Assembly (NCBI GenBank): GCA_038130705.1 | Contig: JAYPOA010000001.1 | Location: forward strand, 2,333 to 66,332 | DNA: 64,000 bases | Direction of reading: 5' to 3' | From: Methanobacteriota archaeon | GTDB lineage: Archaea > Thermoplasmatota > Poseidoniia > Poseidoniales > Poseidoniaceae | Part shown: piece after piece, positions 55,574 through 64,000 of the stretch | Position numbering within the stretch: the stretch's first letter is position 1 | Layout: each line of letters starts with the position of its first letter | Made by a program: the position numbers and the translations under genes | Notes under the pieces: generated by a model | Told to the model about the DNA's origin: nothing | Database searches by the model: none | Seen by the model: only the letters and a program-made list of their open reading frames with translations

Positions 55574-56826
55574 TTTCCATTAAATTGGTCTATTGCTTGT
55601 TGAACTTCTTCATCGTCCATGTTCCTTGGTTGGCTCTTAGCCACTTCAAATAAATGAGCAACAAGGTCATCTGATGCCTCTATTCCACGTGATTCAAGCC
55701 AGTGAATTATGTTTGAACGACCTGACATGTGCCCTATTCTGATAATCTGTTTCAAGCCGAAGTCTCCCGCAGGGACACCGCTGTAAACTCTATCAGCAAG
55801 CCAATTGTCTCCCTTTTTGATTGCTTTAATCACGGCACTTGCGTGCACTCCAGTTCCAGTTTCAAATGCATCTTGTCCAAATACTGGATAATTTCTTGGC
55901 AGTGGCACTTTGATGTATTCGTTTGCTTTCTGCATGTATTCGGAAAGTAGTGATAGGTCGTTATTGATAACTCCCATAAGCGATAGATTGACTAAAGTTT
56001 GGTCCAATGGAGCATTTCCTGCCCTTTCGCCTACTCCTAGTGCAGTTCCGTGAATAACATCGGCTCCGGCTTCAACTGCAGCGAGGTTATTCGCTACACC
56101 AAGTCCTCTATCCTGATGACCATGCCAGTTTACCTCAATATCTCTACGCTTGAATCCTGCATCTTTGATAACTTCCTCATCTATGAAAGATAACAACTGT
56201 TTGACTCCATTAGGAGTTACATGACCGCAGGTGTCGCAGACACATATCCTTCTAACTCCAAGTTCCATTGCTCTTTGGTAAATTAACTTGACATCTTCCG
56301 GTTTAGACCTGGTTGTATCTTCGGTAACAAACATCACAGGAATGTCATTATCAACGGCATAACTTACAGCTTTTTCCATGGTTGACACTAGTTTTTCCAT
56401 CGTCCAGCCTTCTGTAAACTGGCGAATTGGACTAGTTCCAAGGAAAGCACTCGCTTGGATTTGCATTTCATGTTTACTTTGGAGATCTACTAGAGGTTCA
56501 ATATCTCCCATCAAAGTACGTACAGCAGCTCCTGGTCGAATTTTGAAATCATTTTCTCGAATAAATGTTAGCATTGAGTCAATGTGGTCAAGATGGAATG
56601 GGCCAGCCCCTGGCAATCCCAAATCCACCTTCTGGATTCCTAGTTTTTCCATATAGGTAAGTAGTTCAGTTTTCTGTTCTATAGAGGGATTTAGAGCGCT
56701 TGGACTTTGTAATCCATCCCTCAATGTTTCATCATCAAACCAAACATCGTGAGGATGATTATTGGCATCTCTTGTATAATCGTAATTGATTACATTCCAA
56801 TCATAAATCAGGTTTTGTTCATCCAT
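55570..56826 (-). CDS. DRE-TIM metallolyase (LeuA/homocitrate synthase family, short form without regulatory domain)
   Basis: DETLRDGLQ, HGHQDRG, GVGERAGN, GVHASA, MSGRSN. Confidence 0.88.
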   Translation of the reverse strand: MDEQNLIYDWNVINYDYTRDANNHPHDVWFDDETLRDGLQSPSALNPSIEQKTELLTYMEKLGIQKVDLGLPGAGPFHLDHIDSMLTFIRENDFKIRPGAAVRTLMGDIEPLVDLQSKHEMQIQASAFLGTSPIRQFTEGWTMEKLVSTMEKAVSYAVDNDIPVMFVTEDTTRSKPEDVKLIYQRAMELGVRRICVCDTCGHVTPNGVKQLLSFIDEEVIKDAGFKRRDIEVNWHGHQDRGLGVANNLAAVEAGADVIHGTALGVGERAGNAPLDQTLVNLSLMGVINNDLSLLSEYMQKANEYIKVPLPRNYPVFGQDAFETGTGVHASAVIKAIKKGDNWLADRVYSGVPAGDFGLKQIIRIGHMSGRSNIIHWLESRGIEASDDLVAHLFEVAKSQPRNMDDEEVQQAIDQFNGN

Positions 56827-56898
56827 ATTATCACCAAACAGAGGGCCCTATGTAGCAGGACACTCGTGAATTTAATTTGAACCCGTCGGACAATTTGA

Positions 56899-61639
<4,741 letters not shown>

Positions 61640-61946
61640 TTATGTTGAAAATATATACTTCTTATCAATAATTTATTGCTATTTTCAAGTTTATTTTTTC
61701 CGACTGAAAATTTCATTAGATTTTGGTGCTAATTTGCGCCCAGTCATTTGAAAAGAATATATTTCCCAACCTCTATATTGATGCTATTGTAGGAGGTATA
61801 TGAACATAGCCAAACATCAACTTTTTTTCGGCAGATTTAGCTACATAAATTATCCATCCTGAGGAATATTTCCGCTAATTTTCGGGATTGATTTTTTTCA
61901 TGTTCCAATCGTAAGCGTTAATGAAGGAGTGTAGGTCGCCAAAAGC

Positions 61947-62741
61947 ATGGCTGACCCAAAAATATGTGTGTCGCTTGACGGAATAACCGTTGATGAAATG
62001 ATCGAAGAAGCAGCGAGAGCAAACCTTGCTGGCGCTGACATGGTAGAAGTTAGATTTGACAGATTGTTCCTAAACAAGCCAGATCCTACAATCAGTGAAG
62101 AAGAGGAAGGCGAGGTTCCGCAAATGCCTCCTGAAAACCAATGGGACACAAAGAATTTCTCTGAAGTCGACATTGAATCCTCAATTTCAAACCTAAAAGA
62201 GGGAGTACCACTCCCGGTTATTTTCACTGTTAGACCTGTTTCTGAGGGAGGATTCTTCCCAGGTATCGATTCAGAAAGGATAGAAGTCCTGACTAAAGCA
62301 ATTGAATCTGGAGTTAGCTGGGTAGATTTGGAGTTATCGATTGACGAGAAGGTACGTAATGAATTGATGGACATGGCTTCAGAAAATGGTTGTAAGGTTG
62401 TTGCCTCCAAACATGACATCAACGGAATCCCAAACTCAAGTGAAATTGTCTCTCTGGTAAGAGATAATCAAAAATCTGGAGATCTCGTCAAATTCTGTGG
62501 AAACGCAAGAAGCCATGGTGACGCTCTTCAGATTGTTGAAGCCGCTTCCGAACTAAAGGGAGAAGGACTCTCACATTCACTAATGGCACTTAACTCTGGA
62601 GGAGACTGGGCAAGAATCCATGCACCTATATTGGACCAAAGTTTGGTTTATGCTACTTTGCAAAATGATTTCCAACTATCAGAAAGAGGCCTCGTAAACG
62701 TCAGAGATCTTCGCGACGCTTGGACTCTTCTTGAGTACTAA
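61947..62741 (+). CDS. aroD: Type I 3-dehydroquinate dehydratase with acidic insertion
   Basis: ADMVEVRFD, IFTVRP..EGG, WVDLE, ASKHD (His), DLVKF (Schiff-base Lys). Confidence 0.85.
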   Translation: MADPKICVSLDGITVDEMIEEAARANLAGADMVEVRFDRLFLNKPDPTISEEEEGEVPQMPPENQWDTKNFSEVDIESSISNLKEGVPLPVIFTVRPVSEGGFFPGIDSERIEVLTKAIESGVSWVDLELSIDEKVRNELMDMASENGCKVVASKHDINGIPNSSEIVSLVRDNQKSGDLVKFCGNARSHGDALQIVEAASELKGEGLSHSLMALNSGGDWARIHAPILDQSLVYATLQNDFQLSERGLVNVRDLRDAWTLLEY

Positions 62742-63729
62742 TCGTGCTGTTTTGCTCGAGAGATGGTATCATCTCAGACTGAATTTGGCTACCTGTTTGT
62801 ACCAAACTAACTCCAAAATTCATGTATTTTTTATTCAAAAGAATTGGCACTGCAAACAAACCAAGCACCATTCCACAACAAGCAATTGATACTGTCCAAG
62901 GAGGAAGAACTGTTGAGCGTTCTTCAGATACTACGGAAATGTAAGCTGCGATTGTTGTTTCAGGCAACGCATCGCTCGTATGTGAATTGTTTGTATTATC
63001 TACTACTAGATGAAAATGTTGTACTTGGTTTCCACCAAAAATACTCGAAGAAATCTCTGGTGAATCCAAGCTTACTGAAAATGTAACTTGTTTGACATTC
63101 TCATACTCATGTGCATCTCTAAATGAATTCCAACCAACAAATGAGAAACTTCTCCATTCAGGGGGGACTTCGTTTATTGGGTCATCATCACGCCTATCTT
63201 CTATTAACCCCCAGGCTCCGTGTGCTATATCGTAAGCAGATGAATATCTCTCATATTGGTTTGAAGTCAACAAATAAACGTCTACTTCTGGAGAGATTGA
63301 TTCATTATAACTCTCGACTGTTACACAAAATGTTGTCCTTCTCTGGTAATCAAGATTAAGTTTTAGAACTCCAACTGAATCTTCACTAACAAGCATTGTG
63401 GTCTGGAAATCATCTTTTAGATACGATAATTCCAATCCACTGTTCCAAGTCATCCAAGGCTCTTCTGGAGAATTATTCCAGTTCCCTGAACTCGTGGGCT
63501 CGGCAATTGCGGGCTCCGGTTCGCCACGGCGCGGTTCTTCGAAAAAATCATAATTTATGGACCAAGGAACTCTCGCCTGTCTTTCAACCGTTTTATTCCA
63601 ATTAGGCGCTTTAAAATCGCCACCATCGCAAGCAGAAGCAGCGCTTACGAATGTTGATGGAATTGAAACTGAGACTAGTATTGCTGAGAGAAAAACTAGG
63701 ATTGCTTGAAACCCTGCTTTGTAAATCAA
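62701..63729 (-). CDS. Exported protein with C-terminal membrane anchor, hypothetical
   Basis: Signal peptide, DVYLLTSNQY-type beta domain, C-terminal TM; 41-nt convergent overlap with aroD. Confidence 0.6.
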   Translation of the reverse strand: MIYKAGFQAILVFLSAILVSVSIPSTFVSAASACDGGDFKAPNWNKTVERQARVPWSINYDFFEEPRRGEPEPAIAEPTSSGNWNNSPEEPWMTWNSGLELSYLKDDFQTTMLVSEDSVGVLKLNLDYQRRTTFCVTVESYNESISPEVDVYLLTSNQYERYSSAYDIAHGAWGLIEDRRDDDPINEVPPEWRSFSFVGWNSFRDAHEYENVKQVTFSVSLDSPEISSSIFGGNQVQHFHLVVDNTNNSHTSDALPETTIAAYISVVSEERSTVLPPWTVSIACCGMVLGLFAVPILLNKKYMNFGVSLVQTGSQIQSEMIPSLEQNSTISTQEESKRREDL

Positions 63730-63778
63730 ACCCTTCCCTCATTCTTGATTATTGAAAGGGGGTTAATCGGTTTTCCCT

Positions 63779-64000
63779 TCACGGGCGCCTTCTAAGTGGC
63801 TTTACATAGCCTGAAGATTCGTTTCGACGCTGTTCCTTAGAGAGTATCTTCGGTGCGGGCGGAGGGTTGTGTTGGTCCATCCCCAGAACACCTCCATATG
63901 ACTCAACTTCATCAACATCATATGTCGCAGCAGCTTGTTCTGCTTCTTCCTCGATTTCAGTTGGGCTTCTCATGACAGCCCACCCTAGTATCAATACAGC
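63779..64000 (-). CDS. C-terminal fragment of a membrane protein (5' end outside window)
   Basis: Frame open to the window edge; TM end followed by acidic/Pro-rich tail. Confidence 0.5.
   Translation of the reverse strand, partial: AVLILGWAVMRSPTEIEEEAEQAAATYDVDEVESYGGVLGMDQHNPPPAPKILSKEQRRNESSGYVKPLRRRP

Noticed and set aside
61791..61862. 20-aa ORF MNIAKHQLFFGRFSYINYPS as a real gene
   Set aside because: The AGGAGGT lies only 2 nt from the ATG and the peptide has no recognisable features.

Overview
A very compact, gene-dense archaeal chromosome segment with no CRISPR array, integrase or transposase. The combination of archaeal information genes (L37e, L44e, S27e, aIF2alpha, Nop10, L10e, ABCE1, RPA, Hel308, Cgi121, class-III pilin, GGTGA ribosome-binding sites) with bacterial-type gyrase, MutS/MutL, ETF and PurF, plus many acidic membrane-anchored exoproteins, points to Thermoplasmatota, most likely Marine Group II/Poseidoniales (inference). 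I added two ribosomal protein genes (rpl37e, rps27e) and tRNA-Ser(CGA) that the ORF track misses. The best candidates for undescribed systems are (1) a tandem pair of paralogous Cas4/RecB-like Fe-S nucleases, each fused to two RPA-type OB folds and apparently co-transcribed with ABCE1 (18.5-21.9 kb), and (2) a minimal Tad/type IV pilus motor operon led by a small protein resembling phage tail-tube/baseplate ring proteins, between the RPA genes and a triple-SAP-domain protein (37-44 kb). Other oddities are a canonical EF-hand on the GyrA C-terminus, a BRC/RadA-like FxxA motif inside a Hel308 insertion, two apparent pseudoenzymes (ThiI without a PP-loop, HemC without catalytic residues), a zinc-free L44e, an E. 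coli-type PurF at the archaeal L37e-purF position, and a hairpin-containing leader ORF upstream of rpa. All family assignments come from reading motifs by eye; no database search was run.
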